A stretch of DNA of 63,350 nt, counting the filler, from Octopus bimaculoides (lineage: Eukaryota), in the NCBI RefSeq assembly GCF_001194135.2. It is 6 parts of 6 records of this genome, joined end to end, with 100 filler letters (N's around TTAATTAATTAA, not from the genome) between each part and the next. Parts side by side here need not be neighbours in the genome. Positions count along the whole stretch, not along the records: positions 1 to 5,640 come from NC_069006.1; positions 5,741 to 26,579 come from NC_069003.1; 4 more parts are not named here. One strand, given 5' to 3'. Numbering within the stretch: position 1 is the first letter of the stretch; every line of letters starts with the position of its first letter. Shown one piece after another: positions 1 through 11,684 of the stretch. Below the pieces are notes generated by a model. It worked only from the letters and a program-made list of their open reading frames with translations, was not told the origin of the DNA and did no database searches. Both the position numbers and the translations under genes were made by a program.

Positions 1-56
<56 letters not shown>

Positions 57-690
57 TGATGATGATGATGATAATAATAATAATAACAATAATAATAATA
101 ATAATGACAATAATGATAATAATAATGATAATAATAATGATAATAATTTATTCTTTTATCAGCCACAAAGGCTCACATACAAAACATTAAATGATATGTA
201 AGAGCATTAAAGAGAAAAACAGGACGATACAATAATGACGATGATGATGATGATGGTGGTGGTCGTGGTGGTGGTGGTGGTGGTAGTGGTGATGATGATG
301 AGGATGATGATGGTGGTGGTGGTGATGGTGGTGATGATGATGATGAAGATGATATAGCAAGAACAACAGCAATAGCATTGATAACTTATGGTAAATAATA
401 ATAGTAATAATAATGATAGTGATAACTCAATAATGATTACAATAAGTAACAGCAGTAATAATAATAATAATCGGGAAAACAACTTCTAGCAATAATAATG
501 GTAATGATGATGATGATGATGATGTTAATAATAATAATAATCCTGGTGGCAGTGATGACAATAATATTAATAAAAATAATTATGGTAATAATAATAAAAA
601 TTAATAAACGATGATGATGATGATGATTGTAATAATATTAATGATAATAATAAGTATAATAATGAATAATGATAATACAGTAATGAACAG
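1..690. repeat. Compound (AAT)n/(GAT)n/(GGT)n trinucleotide microsatellite tract
   Basis: Directly visible; explains the poly-H and poly-L ORFs at 187-482. Confidence 0.95.
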
Positions 691-926
691 TACTCGCTTT
701 TACTCTTTTACTTGTGTCAGGCATTTGACTGTGGCCATGCTGGAGCACTGCCTTTAGTCGAGCAAATCGGCCCTATGACTTATTCTTTGTAAGCCTAGTA
801 CTTATTCTATCGGTCTATTTTGCCGAACCGCTAAGTTACGGGGATGTAAACACACCAATATCGGTTGTCAAGCGATGTTGGGGGACAAACACAGACACAC
901 AAACATATACACACACATACACACAC

Positions 927-967
<41 letters not shown>

Positions 968-1229
968 NNNNNNNNNNNNNNNNNNNNNNNNNNNNNNNNN
1001 NNNNNNNNNNNNNNNNNNNNNNNNNNNNNNNNNNNNNNNNNNNNNNNNNNNNNNNNNNNNNNNNNNNNNNNNNNNNNNNNNNNNNNNNNNNNNNNNNNNN
1101 NNNNNNNNNNNNNNNNNNNNNNNNNNNNNNNNNNNNNNNNNNNNATATATGCATATATGCGACGGGCATCTTTCTCAAAAGGCTTTGGTCGGCCCGAGGC
1201 TATAGTAGAAGACACTTGCCCAAGGTGCC
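690..1229 (-). mobile_element. tRNA-derived SINE family 1 (head lacks its first ~60 nt), internal CA/TA microsatellite and N gap
   Basis: Reverse complement of the full copy at 40401-40815: shared 3' half (gtaacttagcggttcggcaaaa...gactgaaacaagtaaaagag) and ggcaagtgtcttctactatagcctcgggccgacc. Confidence 0.85.
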
Positions 1230-1244
1230 AAAATAATAGTTATA

Positions 1245-1306
<62 letters not shown>

Positions 1307-1500
1307 CGGTGGTGGTTGTGGTGGTGGTGGTGGTCGTGGTCGTGGTGGTGGTATGGTGGTGGTGCTGCTGCTGATGATGATGGTTATGACGACGATGACA
1401 ACGACAATGGTGACGATGATGATGATGATGGTGGTAGTGGTGATGATGATGATGATAACAACAATGATGATGATGATGATGATGAATAGCAATAATACCA
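1245..1500. repeat. (AGT)n/(GGT)n/(GAT)n microsatellite
   Basis: Directly visible. Confidence 0.95.
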
Positions 1501-1852
1501 CCAAGGCGGGGATGTGCTTCTGTTTCTGTATAATTAGTTGTGTCTTCTGTGCGCGATGTTTATCTGAGAGGCATGTTGTCTAGCAGAGTGTCTCTCTCCA
1601 TATCATAATTAACACGGACACGGTTGATGCATTCCAGCGACGTCCTCGGGGACAGGCTCGGCTAACGTCGCCTCCAGAACACGCACCCGGCAACACATAG
1701 ACTTTCAACCGCCACCACAACCACAACCACCAATACTACCCTTAAATATTCCTGACGCCTTCACCCAAACATCACTCAACACACCTGATGATCTTCATTG
1801 AATATGTATATGTGCGTATATACACATACACTTTTATAAATATATGTATGCA

Positions 1853-1899
<47 letters not shown>

Positions 1900-1957
1900 T
1901 CATAAATACTTACATCTATAAATATACATATATATATATATATATAATATATATGTA

Positions 1958-2001
<44 letters not shown>

Positions 2002-2208
2002 TGTGTGTGTGTCTATGCCTGTACGCTATAAAACTCGAGTATCTATCTTTATATTTGCATATTTGCTTAAATATCTGAGGAATGCTTAAATACGTAAATA
2101 CTGCCACGAATGCTTTCGTGTGTGTGTATATATATATATGTATGTGTGTGTGTGCGTGTGTGTGTGTGTGCATGTGTGTGCATGTGTGTGTATATGTGTA
2201 TATATATG

Positions 2209-2248
<40 letters not shown>

Positions 2249-2979
2249 NNNNNNNNNNNNNNNNNNNNNNNNNNNNNNNNNNNNNNNNNNNNNNNNNNNN
2301 NNNNNNNNNNNNNNNNNNNNNNNNNNNNNNNNNNNNNNNNNNNNNNNNNNNNNNNNNNNNNNNNNNNNNNNNNNNNNNNNNNNNNNNNNNNNNNNNNNNN
2401 NNNNNNNNNNNNNNNNNNNNNNNNNNNNNNNNNNNNNNNNNNNNNNNNNNNNNNNNNNNNNNNNNNNNNNNNNNNNNNNNNNNNNNNNNNNNNNNNNNNN
2501 NNNNNNNNNNNNNNNNNNNNNNNNNNNNNNNNNNNNNNNNNNNNNNNNNNNNNNNNNNNNNNNNNNNNNNNNNNNNNNNNNNNNNNNNNNNNNNNNNNNN
2601 NNNNNNNNNNNNNNNNNNNNNNNNNNNNNNNNNNNNNNNNNNNNNNNNNNNNNNNNNNNNNNNNNNNNNNNNNNNNNNNNNNNNNNNNNNNNNNNNNNNN
2701 NNNNNNNNNNNNNNNNNNNNNNNNNNNNNNNNNNNNNNNNNNNNNNNNNNNNNNNNNNNNNNNNNNNNNNNNNNNNNNNNNNNNNNNNNNNNNNNNNNNN
2801 NNNNNNNNNNNNNNNNNNNNNNNNNNNNNNNNNNNNNNNNNNNNNNNNNNNNNNNNNNNNNNNNNNNNNNNNNNNNNNNNNNNNNNNNNNNNNNNNNNNN
2901 NNNNNNNNNNNNNTATATATATATATATACATATATATATATACGCACACACACACAGAGTGAAAGAGAGGACGTTTGG

Positions 2980-2980
<1 letters not shown>

Positions 2981-3041
<61 letters not shown>
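2981..3041. repeat. (GATA)n microsatellite
   Basis: Directly visible. Confidence 0.95.
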
Positions 3042-3043
<2 letters not shown>

Positions 3044-3842
3044 TGACAGACTATCAATTAGCTGTATATATCTTGGAAATACCAATATCAGTGATAGCCT
3101 ACAATCGATATTCCTGCGTTCGTTTGATGCAACAGGATCCCAAAATCGTTTAGAAATTCGATGCACGGTAATGAGGTTGGTTGTTCGATACCACAGTGAG
3201 GTTCTTTACTCCTCTGTCTTTTACAATTTCGAGTGGACTGAAGATTTGTTTAGGAAATAGACGTAGCAGCAATCATATATTCACTTTCGAGTCTGTCAGA
3301 ATTCATTATAAATGAATAAATTCGATATTGTTTCTACTGTATTCTTCTAAACAAATTCACAATAGGAATATGAGTGTTTTGTTTAAGCAGTCGGCTATTA
3401 TGTCCCAAACTTATTTCCAGTTACTGTATCGCTCTCCTTAACCTGAAACTTCACAACAATATCCGCTTGCTGTCTATTTCGTAATGATTTTAACGAAGTT
3501 AACTCGCTTTATTGTCATCTTTCCTTAATTCTGATTTACAGGGCTTCCCCGTCAACTACGACATTATTAACCTAAACTTCACCAACGTCAATCTCAAATT
3601 CGTCAATGTGAGACTCAGCTTCGTTATCATTAGTCTCGATTATGTCGTCGTCAATTTTTTATTTCGTCATCGTCAACTTCGAACTTCGTTATCTCCAGTC
3701 TCGATTACGTTATCGTCTATCTCGTTTTCCTCATTGTTTGTACTTGTTGACTTAAATGTCATCACAGCAGAATGGAGCTAATTTTATGAACAGACATTGA
3801 CATCAGTGATTCTACCAGCACTTCACCTGAAGACTAATAATA

Positions 3843-4139
3843 ACAGTTTGGATAATTCACCTTTGGAAACATGGGTGTTTCATTCAACATCCTTAAACAA
3901 CCCTTATTCAAAGACCATTTGAGCAGGACGGGTTACTCGACCTGAAGAATATTCTAACTGGGCCTCACCTGCAAGGTCATGAGCTGCTTATCTTGATATG
4001 AGATCACTATGTCGTACACATATGGTTGTGATGCATGTGCCTGGTGTACCCTTATCAGGCGGGTAGTCATGATGGATATACTGGGCTTCGTATATTTTAC
4101 CTCAATGTCACTTTGATGGTATGTACTGCTCTCTCCCTC
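3843..4139 (+). mobile_element. 5'-truncated copy of the ~500-bp (TAA)n-associated non-coding element
   Basis: Aligns by eye with 57270-57346 (ataattcacc...cattcaacatcctt...ccttatt) and 41700-41898. Ends in an (AAT)n run at 4140-4190. Confidence 0.75.
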
Positions 4140-4189
<50 letters not shown>

Positions 4190-4871
4190 TAAGAATTGTC
4201 GCGTTACCGTAAATATACGTACATACATTTAATGCATTACATATAAAACTACATACATACTACGCTCTATATATAACACGACAAAGACAAACATAAATAG
4301 CCGCAGTTAAACTGCGCCGGACAAAATACTTCGTTGACTGAATCTTTCATCCTTTCGGGTTCGATGGAAATAAGTACATGTTGTGCACTGGAGTCGGTGG
4401 AATCGACTCCCTCCCTCCACTAAAATTGCTGGCCGGGTCTTAGCGGTTTGGCTGACAGCATTTGGAAAATTAAAGTTTACCGAAAACTTTAAAATTTGGC
4501 ACAATAATACACTTGCCCAAACTGAATTGCTGGAGTTATTTCATTTTTTCAAAAAGTTATAAAGGTTTAAAGTTTGATCATTTTCACCCAGTCAGGAAAC
4601 AGGATTTGGAAGCTGTCGTCAACATCCTGAAAATAGCACGTGTTGTCAATAATTGTAAACAACACGGGTTATGTCTCCGGTAATTTTCTTCGATGTAAAT
4701 AGATCTTATTTAGCTGTTATTTTTAGCACACCTCACAACCGCCATTGTTTAATGCAAATGCGATAAACAACACGTTACATGCGATAAACACACTAGAACT
4801 CTTAACAGAAAGATTTAGAAGAATTAAATGAAAGTTTTCTGGTGATTTTCTTTCATGTATTTCGTCTGTCC

Positions 4872-5022
4872 TAACATTCTGAGTTCAAATTCCGCCGAGG
4901 TCGACTTTGCCTTTCATCATTTCGGAGTCGATAAATTAAGTACCAGTTGCGTACTGTGGTCAATCTAATCAACTGGCCCCTCCCTCAAAATTTCAAGCCT
5001 TGTGCTTAGAGTAGGAAAAGAA
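4872..5022 (+). mobile_element. SINE family 2 (B-box gagttcaaattcc), 5'-truncated; another partial copy at ~4345-4440
   Basis: gttctgagttcaaattccgccgaggtcgactttgcctttcatc...aagccttgtgc, shared with more than 10 copies in the window. Confidence 0.85.
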
Positions 5023-5279
5023 AAAGCATTTTCTTTCATGTAAATAAATGTTTATGTTAATTTAAAAGAGAAAAACAGTTACTTTTAAATTTCTGAGCGA
5101 GATGTTGACAAATAAACTTTAATTTAAAAGATTTATCCAAAAACATCTTATTTAGCTGTTATTTTTAGCACGCAACACAACCACCTCAATGCTCAATGAC
5201 AAAAAGAAACGACTTACTCCTTCCACTAAAATTGCTGGACTTGTACCAAGATTGAAAAGAATATTTTGTAACTTTAGAT

Positions 5280-5595
5280 CAAGTGTTCCCAACGTTATTT
5301 TGCTTGGGGAATCCCTGTGAGCTATCTTATCATCTGTGGACCCCATATAGACACATGTAAATTTTTGAAATAAATTGTTTGTAGGTTAGTAAAAACAAAC
5401 AATGAAACAATTTTGTTGACATAAATAAATTTAGCATAAATTTCGTTCACATAAATTCCAAATTCAAATCTTGAAAATTTCAATAAATACAGGTACCTCT
5501 CCTAGTAAATAAAATTTATATATGGACCCATAAATTACAATTTTCTACTGGTAGATCCCCTTAAAGCTTCTGTGGACCCCGGTTGGGAACCCCTG
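5280..5595. mobile_element. Non-autonomous hAT (Charlie/Buster-type) MITE, 316 bp
   Basis: TIRs CAAGTGTTCCCAAC / GTTGGGAACCCCTG. Perfect 8-bp TSD ctttagat at 5272-5279 and 5596-5603 with central TA, typical of Buster/Charlie. Confidence 0.9.
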
Positions 5596-5640
5596 CTTTA
5601 GATCTTTCTTTAAAAGTCTTTGAAGTTCGGGGTTTTTCTT

Positions 5641-5740
5641 NNNNNNNNNNNNNNNNNNNNNNNNNNNNNNNNNNNNNNNNNNNNTTAATTAATTAANNNN
5701 NNNNNNNNNNNNNNNNNNNNNNNNNNNNNNNNNNNNNNNN
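5641..5740. other. Artificial 100-nt scaffold spacer (44N-TTAATTAATTAA-44N)
   Basis: Identical structure recurs five times; the 12-mer places stop codons in all six frames. Confidence 0.9.
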
Positions 5741-6069
5741 CTCTGTAACTTTCATAACCTGATCTAACAGCTTGATGCCTCTGTAATTATTTGTATCTAA
5801 AGCGTCACCTTTACTTTTGTAGCAGTTGACTATGATGCTGCTACACCAGTCATTGGGTATGACTCCTTCGTGTATCACCTGGTTCGTAATACGGGTGACT
5901 AGGCTATAGCCAACACTGCCAGATATTTTGAGCATCTCTGCATTGATTCCTGATGGGCCGGGGGCTTTCCCGGTCTTCATACTCTTAATTGCTTTATCTA
6001 CCCTGGTACTATCAACTCGGATAGCTGGTCCCTCTATTGGGTCGACATATGGCAGGCTCTCTTCCTCCC
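5741..6069 (-). mobile_element. RTE LINE family B internal fragment (start of RT domain)
   Basis: MKTGKAPGPSG...DWCSSIIVNCYKSKGDALDTNNYRGIKLLDQVMK; near-identical to 10670-10990 and 26240-26450. Confidence 0.9.
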
Positions 6070-6915
6070 TAGCAGTAAAACCTGTCGTTTATTGGGTAAT
6101 TAGTTTTACTATTTATTGGGAGTCACATTGAAAGTATTGCTATATGTATAATTTACTCCTCTTGTATGTGTGTATTTTAGAAGAGAAAACCATGTCATAA
6201 TTGAAGTAGAAGAAAGATCGATATCATACATGAACTTGTGTTTGTTTATGATATGACAATAATAAGTGTGATATATGTTAATTTATTTATTAATACAGTC
6301 ATGACAGTTATAAAATACAGTTCATTGAATAGGTAATTTTCTTGAATGTAATGATAGTAATGGTAAATGAAGTTATTGAAGTATTCATGTTGCATTAAGA
6401 ATGAACATTTCTTTATGAACAATGTTTTTTTGTTTTATTTCGGGGTACATAATCCTTCATTACAAACAGTAAGAATGTTTGGGTCATTGAAGTTTGTACA
6501 CAATTAATCTTGTACCATTGCATAATTTTGGTTGATACAAAATATGTAATAGCATAATAAGAGTCCCTTTTTTTCCAACTGAAGACAATGAGGAGCTGTA
6601 TCTTGCAGTTGTAATGAGTTAAAGAATTCGACTGGGTAGTTGACACTATTCTGATCATCAACAACACTGTCAATTGAGTTATAAGTGAAGACTTCTGGAA
6701 GTTTATTCAATAGCATATTATTAATGGTATCTAGAAGAACATGTTTTAGAGCCAGGGTAGCTCTGTCACCGATGTAATCTGTATTGTAATTATGAAGAAG
6801 ATTAGGAAAGGTTTCATACATCAAATCATTGACGGAATCAGTTGAATTATATATTGTATTGAGTGTAATAAACTGTTCTTCATCAATTGGAACTCTCTCT
6901 TCACTGAGTTTCAAA
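6069..6915 (-). mobile_element. Helitron RepHel PIF1-helicase C-terminal remnant, copy 1 (internally deleted), with putative CTAG 3' end
   Basis: ORF 6504-6914 ...YNSIDSVVDDQNSVNYPVEFFNSLQL..PHCLQL. CTAG at 6069-6072, with an agtaaaac/gttttact inverted repeat next to it. Confidence 0.8.
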
Positions 6916-6939
6916 AGCTGCTCTGCAAATAGTTTAGCA

Positions 6940-7893
6940 TCGATCTCATATCATAATTGAGAAAAGATATTAACTTCATACATGAACTTCTGTTTGTTTA
7001 TTATATGGCAATAGTGAGTTTTATTTTTTATTATATTTATCAGTACAGTAATGGCAATTATATAGTATAGTTCATTGAAATAGGTAATTTAGTCATTCTT
7101 GAATGCAATGATAGTAATGGGAAATTATGTTATTGAAGTATTCATGTTGCATTAAGAGTGAATATTTCTTTATAAACAGTGTTTTTTGTTTTATTTCTAG
7201 ATGCATAAGCAAAAAGATTTGCTTTTGCTCCCACACGTGATGCTTGTACATAAAGTTGGTCATGTGAAAAGCATGGTTCTTGGAGTTGCAATCCAGCAAC
7301 TTTTAGTGTTTGTCCCTGACTTTTATTAATGCTCATGGCAGAAGAATCTCGAATAGGAAACTATAACTGTTTAAAGTGGAATGGGACATTAGATGATGTA
7401 ACTGGTATGTGAGGAATGAAGACAGTGTCACCTTTACCACAACCAGTGAGAATATTTGCCTCAATGCAGTTCCTCATAAGTTTGTGCACAATTAATCTTA
7501 TACCATTGCATAAGTTTTGTTGAGACAAATTACGTAATAGCATAATAGGAGTCCCTTTTTTCAGCTGAAGACAACAAGGGGCTGTACATGGTAGTTCTAG
7601 TGAGTTCAAAAATTTAATGGGGTAGTTAACACTATCCTGATCATCAACACTGTCAGTTGAGTTATAAGTGAATATTTCTCCCAGAAGCTTATTCAATAGC
7701 ATATTATTAATGCTATGTACTGCAACATTTTTTGGAGCCAGGGTAGCTCACTCACAGATCCAATCTGTATTATTGTAATTATGAAGAAGCTTAGGAAAGA
7801 TTTTATCCACCAAATCATTAATGGAATGAGCTGAATTACATATTGAATTGAGTGTAAGAAAATGTTTTCATCAATTGGAAGTCTCCCTTCACA
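6940..7893 (-). mobile_element. Helitron RepHel PIF1-helicase C-terminal remnant, copy 2
   Basis: LQLKKGTPIMLLRNLSQQNLCNGIRL; helicase motif V AMSINKSQGQTL; motif VI region FSHDQLYVQASRV; ends KTKNTVYKEIF. Confidence 0.9.
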
Positions 7894-8050
7894 GAGAAAG
7901 GAAGAGAGAGAGAGAGAAAGAAAGAGAGGGAAAATAAACAGATAGAGAAGAAAGAAAATCATAGAGAGATGGTGTCTGGTTTTAGTTTCACTTTGTGGGA
8001 CATACAGACAGAATCTCTCTTTTATATATATACGCACGCACACACACACA

Positions 8051-8729
8051 TCATAGCTGCACTTTCGTTACACGAAAAAAGCCATTGTCAAAAAGATTCA
8101 CTGAAATGATTCATTATTGATGTCATGTGATGCTCTTATATGACTTTTAAGTCCAGCCAAACTTTTACACACTTTATTACATACTGGACAACTGTGCTGG
8201 CTGGTAGGAGAAACAGGTGCCACCGTTTGCACTCTCTTAACATGTCTTTTCAGGCTTCCAGCTGAGAGGCACACCCTCCAACATTTTACACATGTTCTAT
8301 TGTGAATTTTAATAGCCACATCGCTGTTTATTATGGGTTGATTTCTGTGAGACTTTTGATGGCTCACAAGGCCTGCATGACTCAAACACCTACTCTCACA
8401 AACCACACACAAAAAAACGCAACATTCTCTCACTTTCCACAGGTTCCGTCCTTCTAAGCTCCCTCCTAATACTCTCATACTTCACTCTCTCCCTCTCAAA
8501 CCTTGAACAACCATCATACACTATCTTCCTACATCCATTACGGTTTTGTGTCTCCCTCTTCCAATCACCAGCTGCAATTCCTGTCTGTACTAAAGCATTT
8601 TTAAGGCAATCCTTAAACCTTAGTTTAGGCTTATGTGCTGGTCTCCTGCCATCCTCCAGCTCACCATACAATAGCTGCTTGGGCAGTCGTTCATCACTCA
8701 TCCTTACCAAATGTCCCCCCACCTCAAAC
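8051..8729 (-). mobile_element. RTE LINE family A copy 1, 3' part: ORF C-terminus with three C2H2 motifs, stop at 8098-8100, short 3' UTR
   Basis: GHLVRMSDERLPKQLLYGELEDGRRPAHKPKLRFKDCLK, followed by CxxC-x12-H-x3/4-H motifs. Confidence 0.9.
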
Positions 8730-11684
8730 ATTATCATCATCATCGTTTAACGTCCGCTTTCTATGCTAGCATGGGTTGGACGATTTGACTGAGGACTGGC
8801 GAACCAGATGGCTGCACCAGGCTCCAATCTGATCTAGCAGAGTTTCTACAGCTTGATGCCCTTCCTAACGCCAACCACTCCAAGAGTGTAGTGGGTGCTT
8901 TTACGTGCCACCGGCATATGGGCCAGTCAGGCGGTACTGGCAACGTCTGTGCTCAAATGGTGCTTTTTTATATGCCACCTGCACTGGAATCAGTGCAATG
9001 GCATTGGCAATGACCTCGCTTGAATGTTTTGTTTACGTGCCAGTAAGGTGGCGCTGGTAACAATCATGCTCGAATGGTGCTTTTTACATGCCACCGGCAT
9101 GGAAGCCAGACAGCTACTCTGGCAGTGATCCCACTTGGATGGTGCTGTTAGCGCTCCACTGGCACGGGTGACAGTCATCGAATTTTGTTCAATTTTGACT
9201 TCACTTGTCGAATTTGGTTCAGTTTCAATTTCACTTGCCTCAACAGGTCTTCATGAGCAGAGTTTAGTGTCCAAAGAAGGAAAGGCACGCATAAGTGGGC
9301 TGGCTAGACTCCTGGTAAAGGCCACAGGTTATGGTCTCACTTGGCTTGCCGGGTCTTCTCAAGCACAGCATATTTCCAAAGGTCTCGGTCACTAGTCATT
9401 GCCTTGGTGAGGCCTAATGTTCGAAGGTCGTCCTTCACCACCTCATCCCAAGTCTTCCTCTTCCACAGGTTCCCTCAACCGCTAGGGTGTGGCACTTTTT
9501 CACACAGCTATCCTCATCCATTCTCACCACATGACCATACCAGCACAATCGTCTTTCTTGCACACCACAACTGATGCTTCTTAGGTCCAACTTTTCTCTC
9601 AAGGTACTTACACTCTGTTGAGTATGCACACTGACATTACACATCCATTGGAGCATACTGGCTTCATTCCTTTCGAGCTTATGCATGTCCTCAGCTGTCA
9701 CGGCCCATGTTTCACTGTCATACAGTCTGCCTTTTACTCTGAGCGAGAGGCCTTTTGTCACCTGCACAGGTAAGGGCTCTCTGAACTTTGCCCAGGCTAT
9801 TCTTATTCTAGCAGCTACACTTTCAATGTACCCTCCCCTGCTACTGACTTGGTTACCTAGGTAACAGAAGCTGTCAACTCCTTCTAGTTTTTCTCCCTGG
9901 AATGTGGCAGAAATTGTTCTCTGCACATTTTCAGTGTTTATTGCTCCTGAGCATCTGCCACATACAAAAACTATCTTGCTAGTTAGCCTTCTTTTGATAT
10001 TGCTGCACCTCTTATGTGTCCATAGCTTACACTGGGTACATCTTTTCTACAGACCGAGAAGGGCCATCTACCTGAAGGGGTCTGTGGTTTGTCTACCTTC
10101 CTACTTATTAGGACTTTGGTTTTAGCTAAGTTGACTCTAAGGCCCTAAGTTGGCTCTAAGGTTGATTCTAGTCCTCGCTTCCACACCTGAAACTTCTCCT
10201 CTAGTTCTGATAGTGACTCAGCAATTAGGGCAAGGTCATCAGCATAGAGGAGCTCCCAGGGGCATCCTGTCTTGAATTCCTGTGTTATTGCCTAGAAGAC
10301 TATGATAAATAGGAGAGGGCTGAGGACTGAACCCTGGTGGGCCCCTACCTCTACCTGGAATTCTTCACTGTACTCATTGCCAACCCTCACCTTACTGACA
10401 GCATCCCTGTACATGGCTTGTACAGCTCTCACTAACCATTCATCTATCCCTAGTTTCCCCATTGACCACCAGATAAGGGATTTAGGGGACCCTGTCAAAG
10501 GCTTTCTCCATGTCAATAAAAGCCAGGTACAGAGGTTTATCTTTGGCTAGGTATTTCTCTTGCAGCTGTCTTACCAGAAATATAGCATCAGTGGTGCTTT
10601 TACCTGGCATGAACCCAAACTGCATCTCATCTAAACTGACTCTCTCCCTAATTAGTTAGGCTATGACCCTCTCCGTGACCTTCATTACCTGATCCAACAA
10701 CTTGATACCTCTGTAATTATTTCTATCTAAAGCGTCACCTTTACCTTTGTAGAAGTTGACTATGATGCTGCTACACCAGTCATTGGGTATGACTCCTTCA
10801 TTTATCACCTGGTTGACTATATAGGTGACTAGGCTATAGCCGACACTGCCAGATATTTTGAGCATCTCTGCAGTGATTCCTGATGGGCCGGGGCTTTCCC
10901 TGTCTTCATACTCTTAATTGCTAGGTACTGTCAATTAGGATAGCTGGTCCTTCTGTTGGGCCGACATTCCGCAGACTCTCTTTCTTCCATTCATTCTCTT
11001 TATTGAGACAACCTTTCATTGTGGCGTCTCCAGACCTCTCTCTTTGCAGCCTTGTTTAGTGCAAGTGAACCGTCATCCATGCGGACACATTTCTCTCCTA
11101 CGACATCATGATTCTCATTCACACACTGTCTTGCAACAAAATACTACAAGTCATTGGTCTTCATGGCGCAGAACATTGGCAAATTTTTTCTTATCTGCTT
11201 CCTCTGTGGCTAAGTAAACTTGTCTCCTAGCTTTCCGTCTGGCAGTCTGATACAATTCCCTGCTACCTCTGTTCTTCCAGTCCTTCCAAGCCTGTTTCTT
11301 TTGCCTGATAGCCCTGTCAACAACATTGTTCCACCACCATGTTACCTTGGGTCAAGAGGGGACTTTGCACCATCCACAGATCTGGTCGGTGGCTCTCAGC
11401 AGGTTGTCCCATAGAAATCTCCAGTTGTCTTCCACATCATGTGATGCTATATCCCCTTCTATTTCGTCAAAGGCTTTGAGTAATATGTCTCTAAATCTCT
11501 GTCCATTTGCAGGATTTTTAAGCTTCCAGACCCTTCTCATCCAAGCTGGTCTTCTTCAGGGCATCTATTTAGCCCTGATCCCGAAGTTGCTAACTACTAA
11601 TCTATGTTGTGGGGTACATTCTTCGCCTGGGAAGGTTTTGGCATTTATAAGCAGCCCTCTTTCCCTTTTTTTGACGAGGATGTA
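8730..11684 (-). mobile_element. RTE LINE family B, 5'-truncated, nested inside family A copy 1; (GAT)n-like tail at 8730-8744
   Basis: APE C-terminus (DYILVKK..HRLVVS), RT motifs (KAPGPSG, NYRGIKLL, HQGSVLSPLLF, LYADD), RRLCWYGHVVRM. Host ORF reading resumes across both junctions. Confidence 0.9.
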
